From Octopus sinensis (taxonomy: Eukaryota), in assembly GCF_006345805.1 (NCBI RefSeq), contig NC_043013.1, forward strand, positions 54,064,001-54,128,000: a stretch of DNA of 64,000 nt. Reading direction: 5' to 3'. Made by a program: the position numbers and the translations under genes. Shown here in pieces: positions 38,484 through 50,415 of the stretch. The notes under the pieces were generated by a model. The model was given only the letters and a program-made list of their open reading frames with translations, was not told where the DNA came from and ran no database searches. Position 1 is the first letter of the stretch; each line of letters opens with the position of its first letter.

Positions 38484-40487
38484 TAATAATAATGATAATA
38501 ATAAACTATTGGGTTTCATCAGTTTAGACTCTACATCATGTTTACTACTACTACTACTCAATTGACAGTTTTACAACAGACCTACAAACTTGGAAAATAA
38601 AAGTTTGATAAATCAAATTATTTTATCAGTCTACCAGTGCTTCAATACACAATGCTCTTTTCTAAATAATGAATAATATGTTCCAGTGCAATTGTGGACA
38701 ATTTCAAAAGAGACAGAAAGAATTTTGCAGTAAATCTTTCATCTGAATTGTCATCAACAAAAGTCTGATTTCATTTGTTTAGGCTGAAAGAATAATTGAC
38801 CATCACAGAGACTGTTGCTGTTTGTTTTTCCATGCTCATTTAAATAATGTTCCGAGTAATGCAAAAGGAAAGATTTTCAGTGTTAAGTGTAACTGGAGAC
38901 ATCTGATTAACAAACCATACACAGTCGTCAGACAAGCAATCCAAAAGAAATGAAGTATAAAAACACATTAAATTACAGGATAATATTAAAAGATTATTCT
39001 GATCAATATCATGATATTGACAGTGACTGTGTAGACACCATAGACATTGAACTTTATAAAAGGTCAGTGACCTTAATTCCTGTGTGAAAAATATGGAACT
39101 TATTATCTTGTTTGTTTTGTCTTTGTAACAGTTCACCTGAATATGTTTCCTGACCACAGAGGTTAAGATCAACACAACTTCTGCTACTGAGCACCCCCCA
39201 CTAGGGTTGTCTTTTCATAAGTTTCAAGAGATAAAATTATCATTTTAGTTAAAGCTATATAACACTTTATGGTGATGGGGCTGGTGGTAATGAACATCAG
39301 CAAAGAAAAATACTTTTTTTTTTTTTTTAATAACATTCATTGCAGCAACTACCACCATTGTTGTTGTTGTTGTCATCATTGTCATTGTTATAATCATCAT
39401 CATCATGGGCTGTGTTTTGATACATTAATTTTAGATACTGTTTTACTGATTTGTTGTATATAGAAGTTAATGGTTTTCGTTACTTGTTGGCAATTTATTA
39501 AATAGACTCAGCAACCAAGCAGCATAAAATTTTTGACTACATCTAACATGGTCAGACTATGTTATTATATTTTCTAAATTCAGTCATGCCTGACTGCTTG
39601 TATTAAAAATTGTCTGCCTCCGCGATAGTGCTCCGGCATCCCCACTTTAGCTTTTGATGCCTTATGAAGGACTGGTGCTTTAACATCATCCATATATGTT
39701 CACTGAAATTTCAGGGAAGGAAAGTGGATATCTTTTAAATATATTCTTATAGATTTAGCTCATCCAGTCTATGTCAGCTCTGATCCATGCCATCTCCGAC
39801 CCCATGCTAGCTCCGATCCCATGCCAGGTCTGACCCCATGCCAACTCTGGACCCATGCTTGCATGGAAAATGGACGTTAAATGATGAATTCATCAAATTA
39901 TCTGTGGCTGAAAATGCTGAACCCTAAAGCCTTACCCTACTGGATGGATGTCGCACCACAGTACTGCATGCAGTACTTAACATTAAACAGAATGAGCACA
40001 TTAGCTATAAGCATTTCTGTAGAGGTTACAAAGATCAGGTGAGAAAATCACAGACATGAGAATGAGTTTGATCAGTTATGTCAGAGATAATGGAAGATCC
40101 AAGACAGCTGGTATTACTAGAGGCAAACCAGTACACAAAGATGAAAGGAAAGGCCATCCCAAACCCACATATGTTGATGTAGTAAAGAATAATGTTATCA
40201 AGTGGAAAATACTGGTGAGTTAACAAGATGTGTGGAGGACTAAGTTGCTAGACTCACTACTGAAATATTGGTTTTAGGTTTTGGCACAAGGCCAGTAATT
40301 TCGACACCAGAGTTCAACTGGTTCTTTTTTTATCAACCATACTTATTTTATCAAAATCAACCTGAGCAGTGTTGAAACTTGGAACATAATGACAGACAAA
40401 ATGCTGCAAAACATTTTGCTTGGCATGGTAACTCTTCTGCCAGCTCACCAGCTTCAGGACGATGATGATGATGATGATGATGATGAT

Positions 40488-40685
40488 AATCCTTTCTGTT
40501 TAAATTTCGAGGGAGGGGTTCTACTTGATTACATCAAAACCCCCACTCTGCTCAACTGATGCATATTTCATCAACCCTGAAAGGATAAAAGGCAAAGTCG
40601 ACCTCAGCAGCATTTGAACTTAGGATGTAAGGATGAACAAAATGCTGATAAGCATTTTGTTCGATGTGCTAACAATTCTGCCACC

Positions 40686-40690
<5 letters not shown>
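40488..40690 (-). mobile_element. SINE (family A); a second degenerate copy at ~40280-40450
   Basis: aaaggcaaagtcgacctcagcagcatttgaact...cattttgttcgatgtgctaacaattctgccacc. Confidence 0.7.
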
Positions 40691-40734
<44 letters not shown>

Positions 40735-40735
<1 letters not shown>

Positions 40736-41136
40736 CTCTTTACTTGTTTCAGTCATTTGACTGTGGCCTTGCCGGAGCACTGTCTTTAGTTGAGCAAATC
40801 GACCCCAGGACTTATTCTCTGTAAGCCTAGTACTTATTCTATCGGTCTCTTTTGCCAAACCACTAAGTTACGAGGACGTAAACACACCAGCATCGGTTGT
40901 CAAGCAATGTTGGGAAGACAGACACACAAACATACACACACACACACACACTCATATATATATATATATATACAACGGGCTTCTTTCAGTTTCCGTCTAC
41001 CAAATCCACTCACAAGGCTTTGGTCAGCCTGAGGCTATAGCAGAAGACACTTGCCCAAGGGGCAATGGAATGCGACTGAACCTGGAACTATGTGGTTGGT
41101 AAGCAAGCTACTTACCACACAGCCACTCCTACGCCT
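40735..41136 (-). mobile_element. tRNA-derived SINE (family B), full length
   Basis: Minus head aggcgtaggagtggctgtgtggtaagtagcttgcttaccaaccacatagttccaggttcagtc, internal (TA)/(TG) tract, 3' tail gtgctccggcaaggccacagtcaaatgactgaaacaagtaaagag. Confidence 0.85.
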
Positions 41137-41744
41137 AATAATAACAATAACAATAGTAAAGTACTTCAGATTTGGAAACCACAGAACTGCTGTACTTGGT
41201 ATCTTCAAGTGTTATCCTTCATTTTATGGTTTATTTTATTAATCTTCACATTATTGAAAAGCTTTGTTTAAATGGCTAAACTTGAAATGTTATATGGTGC
41301 CACTTTATAAGCACCAATTCCTTTCCTGTTAAATAGATTCCTCTGGTTTTAATTTCTAGGATCAAACACTAATTTATTAATATTTGAAATATGAAGATAA
41401 ATAAAATCGAATCTCTGTAAATATCTATATTTATGAAATGAACGATTAGACATTAATTTTGTGACTGCATTTATGACCTTACAGTTTCACTCGTTTTATT
41501 GAGCTGCACAAGAATACATCTGTTACTTTAATCAGATTTTGATAATCTAGTCATGCTTCTGGTTCCATGTGATAATACTTTATCTGTTAGTAAAACTAGA
41601 ATTAGCATTCAAAAAAAAAAAAAAAGATGTTTCTTCGCCTGATTTAAAACAGATGATATTCCATATTTATTCCTTCCAGCTTCAAGATGGCAGTTATGTT
41701 TAAAACAAAATAACTTTTAATCAGTGTTATAATCAGTAATAATG

Positions 41745-41955
41745 GTCCTTTCCACTAAAGGCATAAAGCCTGATAGTTGTTTGGGTCATTGACATTGACC
41801 CCAGCATTTGGCTGGTGCTTATTTCGTCAACCTTGAAATGACGAAAGGCAAAGTTGACCCTGGCTGTATTAAACACAGATTGTAAAGATGGATGAAATGC
41901 CACTTAGCATTTTGCTCAATGTGCTAATAGTTCTGTCAGCTCATTGCCTTATAAC
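41745..41955 (-). mobile_element. Degenerate SINE (family A)
   Basis: gaaaggcaaagttgacc...gaaatgccacttagcattttgctcaatgtgctaatagttctgtcagctc. Confidence 0.6.
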
Positions 41956-43348
41956 CAGTAATAATAATACTTGTAACGTACATTCTCAGAACATTCTCAT
42001 TCCATTAGAATATTTTATTTTTATGGAATAAACGCTATTTCACAACTTGCATATAGATATCGGTCCTCACTTAGTAAAACGTTATCAGATTATTTAACGC
42101 AGCAAATTTGTCAGAATGTGTGTATCAAAGGCCAATAATCCTTGAGTTCAACTAAGTCAACCGAAATATTGGTTATTCACAAAATCAGGTGAAAACCATT
42201 TCCACTAGTCTTTTGAAATAAGTATTCATTGCAATTCATGAGAGTAAATGAAGGAGATAAATATTTATGACCAAACTCTTGAGGTTTTATTCTGCTTCTG
42301 AGAAGATGCAAAAGAATCTATTGATGATAATGTGGAAACAATGTTTGAAGTACAATCATAGCCATTGTGAACCAAAGTAAGCATTTTCTGGAACAATCTA
42401 TAGATTATACTTCTACATACATCACACACACACACACCCAACATCAGTGTTTACTGAAATTTTCATAAGTGAAGTTAAATCAGAAATGAAAATTCCAGGT
42501 TGTTTTTTTCTCTGATCAAAACTTTCCACCGTCAAGAATAAAAGCATTTTATATATGACATAAAAATGGAAATCATTAGCTATGGTGATATGAAAATAAC
42601 ATCATAGTTATACAACTACAAGTGAAAAATAAGAATCAGGAACGGTACAAATAGTGCTGTTGAAGCCTCAACAAACCAAATATAGCCACACCTAAACATT
42701 CAGTCATTGAGTCAAAAACAACTAAACTGTGAAAAAAATCTCAAGTTGATGGTTTATATCAGTATTCTACTAAAAAAAAGAAAAATAAGAAAACATCTCA
42801 CTAAAACTGAATGCTGTAGTCTAAGCTAGACTTAGTGCTGGTAAGAATTCAAGGTTGACTTGGCTTGGCTTGAATGATTTTGGACATAGACATACAGAAT
42901 TACAGTTAATATAGGAGGAAACAATCCAGAATCCAAGTGAACAAGAGATTCGCTTGACCTGTTAGAAATGGTAGCAAAATTTCTTGGGAATCACATTTGA
43001 CCATTTTACAAAATAGAAAGACACATTTGATAACGTACTTCATAATTTTGTTAGAGGTGGAATAACTGCAGACTTGACTCTTTTTGAAACAAGTTGGTTC
43101 TCAAAGACCTAATCCAAATAGTTGTAACATAGTGGATTTTGATAATAACTCCTAAGGCACAGATAATGGTTGGATACCAGGCAACAGAGTAAGAGTTACC
43201 TAGGAACAGGAATCATAATACCAAATTTTCTCCAAAGATTTCTTGAGGAAGGGGTCTCAACCCTCAAATATTGGAATACCAGGTAAAACTATCCGCTAGC
43301 TTTATTTTCAGAAATTTCCATTGTTTTACCTTTTAAAAGAATTTACAA

Positions 43349-43350
<2 letters not shown>

Positions 43351-43446
<96 letters not shown>

Positions 43447-43487
43447 TACATACATACATACATACATACATATACATACATACATAC

Positions 43488-43544
<57 letters not shown>
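43351..43544. repeat. (TA)n/(TACA)n microsatellite
   Basis: Directly visible. Confidence 0.97.
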
Positions 43545-43548
<4 letters not shown>

Positions 43549-43599
43549 CAAGGTGCAGAAATGGTGTACTCCAAATGAATACGGTGATGTCATCTGATG

Positions 43600-44262
43600 G
43601 CAAAAAGAATTCTGTGAATTAGGTACTCCAAAGCCAGTCAGAAGGACAGGGGTCTGTGTGAGTGTGCAGTAAATAGCTAATTAAAAAAAAAAACGGAGCT
43701 TGTTGGAAGGGAAAGTTCAGACTGCTCTAAGGAAAATTAAGCAGAAATGGTGAAATGATAGAGCAAAAGGGGCACAAGAAGCAGCTGATAGAAATGATGC
43801 CAAGGGTTTGTACTCTTATGTCAAGAAGGTACATGGCCCAAGATCTTCTTCAATAGCTCCAGATGGAGCAGCAAATGGATGTTTGCTTCTGACTGACACC
43901 ACTTCTATTCATAAGTGCTGGGTAAAACACTTTTCTGCACTTTGGATAGATTGTCATTTGTTGACATAAGAATGATAGAAAAAAATCGAACATCTTCCAG
44001 TTATAGAAGAGATGGCATTTGAACCAACTCTAAATGACATTTATTTAGTTGTAAATAGTTTGAATAACATTAAATCTCCAGGATCTGATGGAATCTGTGC
44101 AGAAGCCTTGAAATATGGGGGTGACAAAATGTTTGAACTCTTAACTACATTAATTTGTCACTGTTTGAGAACTGGGAAAGTGCCTCAAGACTGGATTGAT
44201 GCCATTTTAGTCTCCTTGTATAAATCAGGGGCCAAAGGGTCTGTGTGGAAACTCCAGAGGGG
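43600..44262 (+). mobile_element. RTE/BovB-like LINE fragment (linker and RT N-terminus)
   Basis: PTLNDI..IKSPGSDGICAEALKYGG..LI......GKVPQDWIDAILVSLYK is the typical pre-RT motif. The left boundary is approximate. Confidence 0.75.
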
Positions 44263-44904
44263 ACACCTTTATTTCTCCTTAGCCCTCACGTCACACAGTT
44301 AATGTTTATTTGAGTTGGGTCATGCCCTTCCAATTGCTATAGATTCGTAATGCATCTTACGGCTGTGCCTGTCACCTGGATGGTGAGGAATACTAGATTG
44401 GGGAGTGGTAACGACTAGGGTAGGGTAACTGACTGCTTATTGTGATCATTCGTCTTTTGGTTCCCTGTAGCTTTGCTCTCTTTTTCAAACCCAGTGAACA
44501 TACATATATTTCCTATTTCAAAGAAATTCAAACAATAGATATAAAACCCAAATTAAAAAGATTCTCAACAATTCAACTTCTCTAGTTGACATTAAGATGC
44601 CCACCCCCAATAGGGTCCTTAACTCCCAAATTTTAGAGCTCCATGACCTCCATTTTTCAGGAGCAAAATCCTTTTAACAGGCTCTATAAGACTCTAATTT
44701 TGGAATTTGAGCATAAAAATAAATAGAATTGAATACATGTGTCATGAGTACAATATTTTTAGGGTGTATAAAGAGGGAAAGAACCCTCATCTGCAAATTT
44801 GATGAGATTGAAATCATAGGTATTCCAGTTCATTACAGAAAATATAACAGAAAAGTCTAATTCTTCAATTGCATGCAACACAGGCAATGCCAGGTATCTC
44901 TGCT

Positions 44905-45131
44905 AGTATATGTATATATGTATGTGTATATATTTATATGTATGCATGTGTATATATGTATATATATGTATCTATGTATATATATATATGTATGTGTATA
45001 TATGTATGTGTATGTATGTATTTGTATATATGTATGTATGTGCATATATATGTATGCATGTGTGTATATATGGATGTATGTATATATATATATAAGTTTA
45101 TATATATGTATGTGTATGTGTATATATGTAT

Positions 45132-45165
<34 letters not shown>

Positions 45166-45200
45166 GCATGTGTATATGTATGTATGTATGTATATATGTA
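44905..45200. repeat. (TATG)n/(TA)n compound microsatellite
   Basis: Directly visible. Confidence 0.95.
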
Positions 45201-45929
45201 TGTATTTATTTGTGTGTTGTGGGTTGATGTACTTATGTGTGTCAGGCACTGTTTAATGATTGATATTACTAGATGTGTGTGTGGAGGGGGGGGCACAATT
45301 TACTTTCATTATTGCTGAAATGGTTTATATTGTTTTGTTTAATTTATACTAAATTCACTTGAGAGGAACCAGAAGAATAACTTGGGAAAATCCAATTTCA
45401 TTTATTTACATGGTTTTCTCAACTAAGAACAAATACTAAGTTTTCATCAATAATAAAATATAAAAAAAAGCATTAAGTCAATTTATGTTGCAGAAAAAAA
45501 AAATGTTAATTTAGCTTGTAGTTTCTGAATGCATGATTGAGGCTTTTACATATTTTCTCTGGAATGGTTTAAATGGAGCAAAGAACCAAATTTTAGTTTG
45601 TTTCTTTTTGAACTAGAATTGTATGAGATAATGGATAGTGAAATGTAGAATGTGGGGGGAAAAGATCTGGCAAAAATGACAAGGTTTGTGTTCCTCATGA
45701 ATTGCATACGGTTTCTCAGGCAGAAGATGTAAAATTATGCTTTCTTTTATTTTGCCTCTGTCAACTTTAACTTGAAAGAAGACTCTGTCTGAATCAGTTG
45801 GTAGTCTACTCTTCATGGCAATTCCACTGTACTATTTCTTTTGCTTTTACGAAATATAGAAGTCTTGAATCTTATTATAAAAAACAAAAACAAACAAAAA
45901 GACAAAAAAATAATCAAGCAAGCATAGCA

Positions 45930-46213
45930 ATGCCGCCTTGACTGGCTTCCGTGCCGGTGGCATGTAAAAAGCATCAACTGATTGTGGCCACTGCCAGCCA
46001 CCCCTGGACCCTGTGCCGGTGGCACCTAAAAAGTACCCACTACTCTCATGGAGTGGCTGGCGTTAGGAAAGGCATCCAGCTGTAGAAACACTGCCAGATC
46101 AGACTGGAGCCTGGTGCAGCCTCCTCGCTTCCCAGACACTGGTTGAAATGTCCAACCCATGCTAGCATGGAAAACGGACGTTAAACGATGATGATGATGT
46201 TGATGATGATGAT
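45930..46213 (+). mobile_element. RTE-LINE 3' UTR fragment with (GAT)n tail
   Basis: gtgccggtggcatgtaaaaagc...ggcgttaggaaaggcatccagctgtagaaac...gcatggaaaacggacgttaaacgatgatgat. Confidence 0.85.
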
Positions 46214-46615
46214 GTAGTTTCAGTGTTGAGGCCAAGTCATTGGTAAACAGGAAATTATCAGCACCAAATAAAAGAGAGTTTATTGGATGGGATAATTTCT
46301 ATTGCAATGACTTGTGTATTCATTCTTAATACATTGTGGCAGATTTGAATATAAATTTGCTAATTGCTGTTGTATCTGCTAGAATGTATTATGAATAATT
46401 ATGCAAATCCTTTCTTTGATTCTTGCTGCTCACTGTGAATACGACAATTTAATAATGTTTATTATTTTGTCAAAAAATGGGAAGATTCTATTTTTAAAAA
46501 ATATTAGGGATAATTGGAATTTTTACTTCAACAAAAGATTATGAATTTTCATCACTTTTAATAAATCCTTGCAAAATTCACCAAAAAGAATTCATATTCA
46601 GACTACTTTACTTAC

Positions 46616-46810
46616 TAGTTAACTCACGAATTCTGATTGTATAGCCATTGCAACCATTAATACATGGGCCAAACTTAGTCCATTCAGTTAGGAAGCAGTT
46701 TTCATCACAAGGTACAAAACATTGTTCTGCTACAATCGGCATGGGCCCGACTCGTTCCAAACAGACATCAGGGGGGTAACTACTGTTACGCTGATCTTTG
46801 CAAGTAACAT
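46616..46810 (-). CDS. THSD7A: THSD7A/B-like internal coding exon (NVTCKDQRNSSYPPDVCLERVGPMPIVAEQCFVPCDENCFLTEWTKFGPCINGCNGYTIRIRELT)
   Basis: Acceptor gtattttcAG at 46812-46811, donor GTAAGT at 46615-46610; 195 nt, phase 1/1. Confidence 0.93.
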
Positions 46811-47422
46811 CTGAAAATACAACAAAATTGCGATATAAAATTTGAAACAATTGTTACACTGATCTTTGGTAATAATATCTGAAAACATTTATTCCTGCAA
46901 TTTATATAATTATGGTAATTCTTTGTTACACATTTCTGTCTTGGAGCATAGTTTTGGTATCTGGTAATTGAAAATTAAAGAAGAACATGGGAAGTTGTTC
47001 TTGTCATTGCTGTGGTTTCTTTTGTAAATGTATGAAAATATAAAAGTCCATCTTATAATATAATTTTATAGTTGTATTAATTCCTCTGGATAGTTGTTGT
47101 TAGCCTGGTTTAAAGAGACAGAAGTGCTGTGAACAGATAAGCAGACTAAAAGGATTTTCTGAAGCCTGCGACTGTGTGAAAGAGGTTTGCCTTCTAATCA
47201 CATGGATTTTGATTTAATCCACTGCATTGCATCTTTGGCAAATATCTTCTACTACAGCTTCAGGCTGACCAGTGCCTTGTGAGGGAAGTTGATAGAGAAA
47301 AAGTAAATAGATGCCAACTCTGTGTGTATGTGCCTGTATATATATTTTTTATTTTTTTACTGAAATTAAATGTCAAGATAATTACACCAGCAACTATGTA
47401 CTTAGATTTATTATTATTGTTA

Positions 47423-47464
<42 letters not shown>

Positions 47465-47595
47465 ATATAATAATTATTACAGATATAGGTTAAAAATATT
47501 AATTTAATAAATTAACAAATTTTACAAAGTAGTTTTTGGTATGGAAAAGAACCATATTTGGTAAAAACTTATACAAAAAGTTTTTTTTATATATA

Positions 47596-47752
47596 TATAT
47601 AACAATAGGTTTCCGTCTACCAAATCCACTCACAAGGCTTTGGTTGGCCTGAGGCTATAGTAGAAGACACTTGCCCAAGGTGCCACGCAGTGGGACTGAA
47701 CCTGGAACCGTGTGGTTGGTAGACAAGCTACTTACCACACAGCCACTCCTGT
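47596..47752 (-). mobile_element. SINE family B, 5' half
   Basis: gtttccgtctaccaaatccactcacaaggctttgg...cttaccacacagccactcct. Confidence 0.8.
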
Positions 47753-48075
47753 TTGGGGAAATTCAATACATAAGTATACCAATGAGAGAAAAATTAGGTA
47801 AAACCTTAGTGTGGTGTTATTACTTGTTACTTATTAACAATTACACATCTGATTGTAACCAATTAATAAATAAATAGACATAATTGAATGTTTACAGGCT
47901 GATGTTTATTGATTGTTTATCCTCTTCATTTTCTCATTTGCCTTAATCAGCCGAAATTACTACGATGATCCGGTTCTTGACTGAAGACTGAGGGTTTCGA
48001 ATGTCCTGTCCGTGTTTATTGTATCGTCTTCTAAGAGTTATACGTTCTTGTCCATGTTGTATTTTTCTACATACC

Positions 48076-48121
<46 letters not shown>

Positions 48122-48971
48122 GTATATACATATATATATAAATATGAATGTGTGTGTATATATGTGTGTATGTATGTATGTAGGTTTGTGTGTGTGTATG
48201 TCTGAATGTTTATTTCTGTGTATCTTTATATAGACAACATGTTGGCATCAGTGATAGTATGTTTATTTCTCCTATAAACATGTCCAGTAGCTAACTGGTT
48301 TTGATGTGTGAAAAGCAATGGCATAAAAATACTTTTAAAAATCGAGGGTCAGCAACAGGAAAGGCATCTGACCATAGAAACTGTCTCAATAAGTCTTATC
48401 TGATCCATAACAGCATGGAAAAATAAACGTGTGAAAATAATAACATCGATGATGACATCAAACTTTTGCTTAGATAATTCAGAAGCAAATACACTCTAGG
48501 AATCAATCTAATGTTTAAAGATTTACATAAATTATGTGCATATGTGAAGAATTTTGTCAATAAAAATTTAACCATTTCAGTGGGTAATAAACTTCTTGTC
48601 ATGCAAAGACAAAATACATGTTGAAGTGAACTTTCAGTGCAGTAATAATTTAATGAATACACAATTACACACTTGATAATCACATTAGCACCTTAGTAAC
48701 ATAAGAAGGATGTTGCATGTTCTGAAATAACACAGATAATGTAATTGCCAAATATCAGGCTATTTTAAAGTTTTCTTTGTCTTTTATGTTTAAAAGTTTA
48801 AAATGACTTTTTCTATTATTACTGAAGATAAATGTCAGGGTATAATTATACCAACAACTATGTATTTAAATTTATTATTATTGCATTCTTCTTCTTCTTC
48901 TTCTTCTTATTATTATTATTATTATCATTATTATTATCATTATTATTATTATTATTATTGTTGTTGTTGTT

Positions 48972-49394
48972 GTGAGCTGGTAGAAACATTAGTGGTATTT
49001 CATCTGCTTTACATTCTGAATTCAAATTCTGCCAAGGTCGACTTTGTCTTTCATCCTTTCAGGGTCAATAAATTAAGTACCAGTGAAACACGGGGGGGGG
49101 GGGGCAATGTAATCGACTAGCTTCCTTCCCCACAAATTTGAGGCTTTGTGCCTCCAGTAGAAAGATTATTATTATTATGGTGAGCTGGCAGAATTGTTAG
49201 CATGCTGGGCAGAATTGCTTTGTGGTATATTGTCTGTTGCTATGTCCTGAGTTCAAATTTTGTCGTAGACGAGTTTGCTATTCATCCTTTCAGGATTGAT
49301 GAAATAAATACCAGTTATGCACTGGGATCAATGTAATCAACTATTCCCTACCCCCAAATTTCAGGCTTTGTGCATATAGTAGAAAGCATTATTA

Positions 49395-49438
<44 letters not shown>

Positions 49439-49675
49439 GTTATTATTATTATTATTATTAAGGCAGTGAGCTGGCAGAATCCTTATCATTGCCAGAAAAA
49501 ATACTTAATGGCTTTTCATTTATGGCTTTATGTTCAAGTTTAAATTCTTCCAAGGTTGACTTTGTCTTTCGTTCTTTCAGAATCGATAAAATAAGTACCA
49601 GTTGAACACTGGGGTCAGTACAGTTGATTGGTCTCCTCTTTCCAAATTTCAGTCTTGTGCCTAAAGCAGGCAGGA
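48972..49675 (+). mobile_element. Three tandem family-A SINE copies separated by (ATT)n
   Basis: gtgagctgg heads at ~48972, ~49180 and ~49466, each followed by ...ttcatcctttc...aagtaccag...ccccaaattt..ggctttgtgc. Confidence 0.75.
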
Positions 49676-49854
49676 TTATTATTATTATTATGATTATTTT
49701 TCTTATTCTTATTCCTTCATAATACAGTGTAGGTTAAAATGTACTGGAGTCTTTAGTCTTTTCCTGGGTACTATGCAGTGTCCTATAAATTCATCCACAA
49801 TTAAATAGGAAAAAAACAGACAATTTCTCAAAAGAAAGCTGATTTATGGCAAAT

Positions 49855-50100
49855 CATCATCATCATCATCATCGTTTAGCATCCGCTTTCCATGCTAGCA
49901 TGGGTTGGACAGTTCAACTGGGGTCTTGAAGCCAGAAGGCTGCACCAGGCCCAGTCTGATCTGGCAATGTTTCTACGGCTGGATGCCCTTCCTAACGCCA
50001 ACCATTCTGTGAGTGTAGTGGGTGCTTATTACGTGCCACCGGCACAGGTGCCAGACAAGTCTGGCAAATGGCCATGAACGGATGGTGCTTTTTACATGCC
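49855..50100 (-). mobile_element. RTE-LINE 3' UTR fragment
   Basis: (CAT)n then cgtttagcatccgctttccatgctagcatgggttggac...ggatgcccttcctaacgccaacc. Confidence 0.85.
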
Positions 50101-50373
50101 AAATATATACAACAAATATGTATACAGTTTTCTTTAGCTTGTTGCAGTTTTAATGAACATAGTCTTAATCAGCACAATTAAATTGATTAAATTGATGGTA
50201 ACCAGTCATAATATAAAATTTAATTACTACACTTTGAAAATGACGTGTAAACAGCTGCAAATAATTAGCTGAGCTGATATCATCTTCTCACTGTCGTTAC
50301 TGCATTTCAGTCTCTCACTCGTCCCCAGAGCAAATAGACATGTTACACATATATTGACAAATTTTCTATGTAC

Positions 50374-50415
50374 CTCTGAAATCGAAATACTGTGCCTCCC
50401 CTTCGATAACCACAT
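50374..50415 (-). CDS. Candidate 42-nt alternative cassette exon of the THSD7-like gene (N-VVIEGEAQYFDFR-D)
   Basis: Strong acceptor tgttttcttgtAG, donor AG|GTACAT. 42 nt, phase 1/1 and stop-free in the frame set by the flanking exons. No transcript evidence. Confidence 0.3.

Noticed and set aside
47944-48077. Possible hammerhead (CTGAAGA at 47981...GAAT) in a TA-adjacent repeat
   Set aside because: GAAT instead of GAAA, only a 2-bp stem II and no identifiable stem I. May be a decayed Penelope-like terminus but is not supportable.
50227-50415. Stand-alone 62-aa ORF
   Set aside because: No recognisable homology. Only the first 42 nt, read in a different frame, is kept as a cassette-exon candidate.
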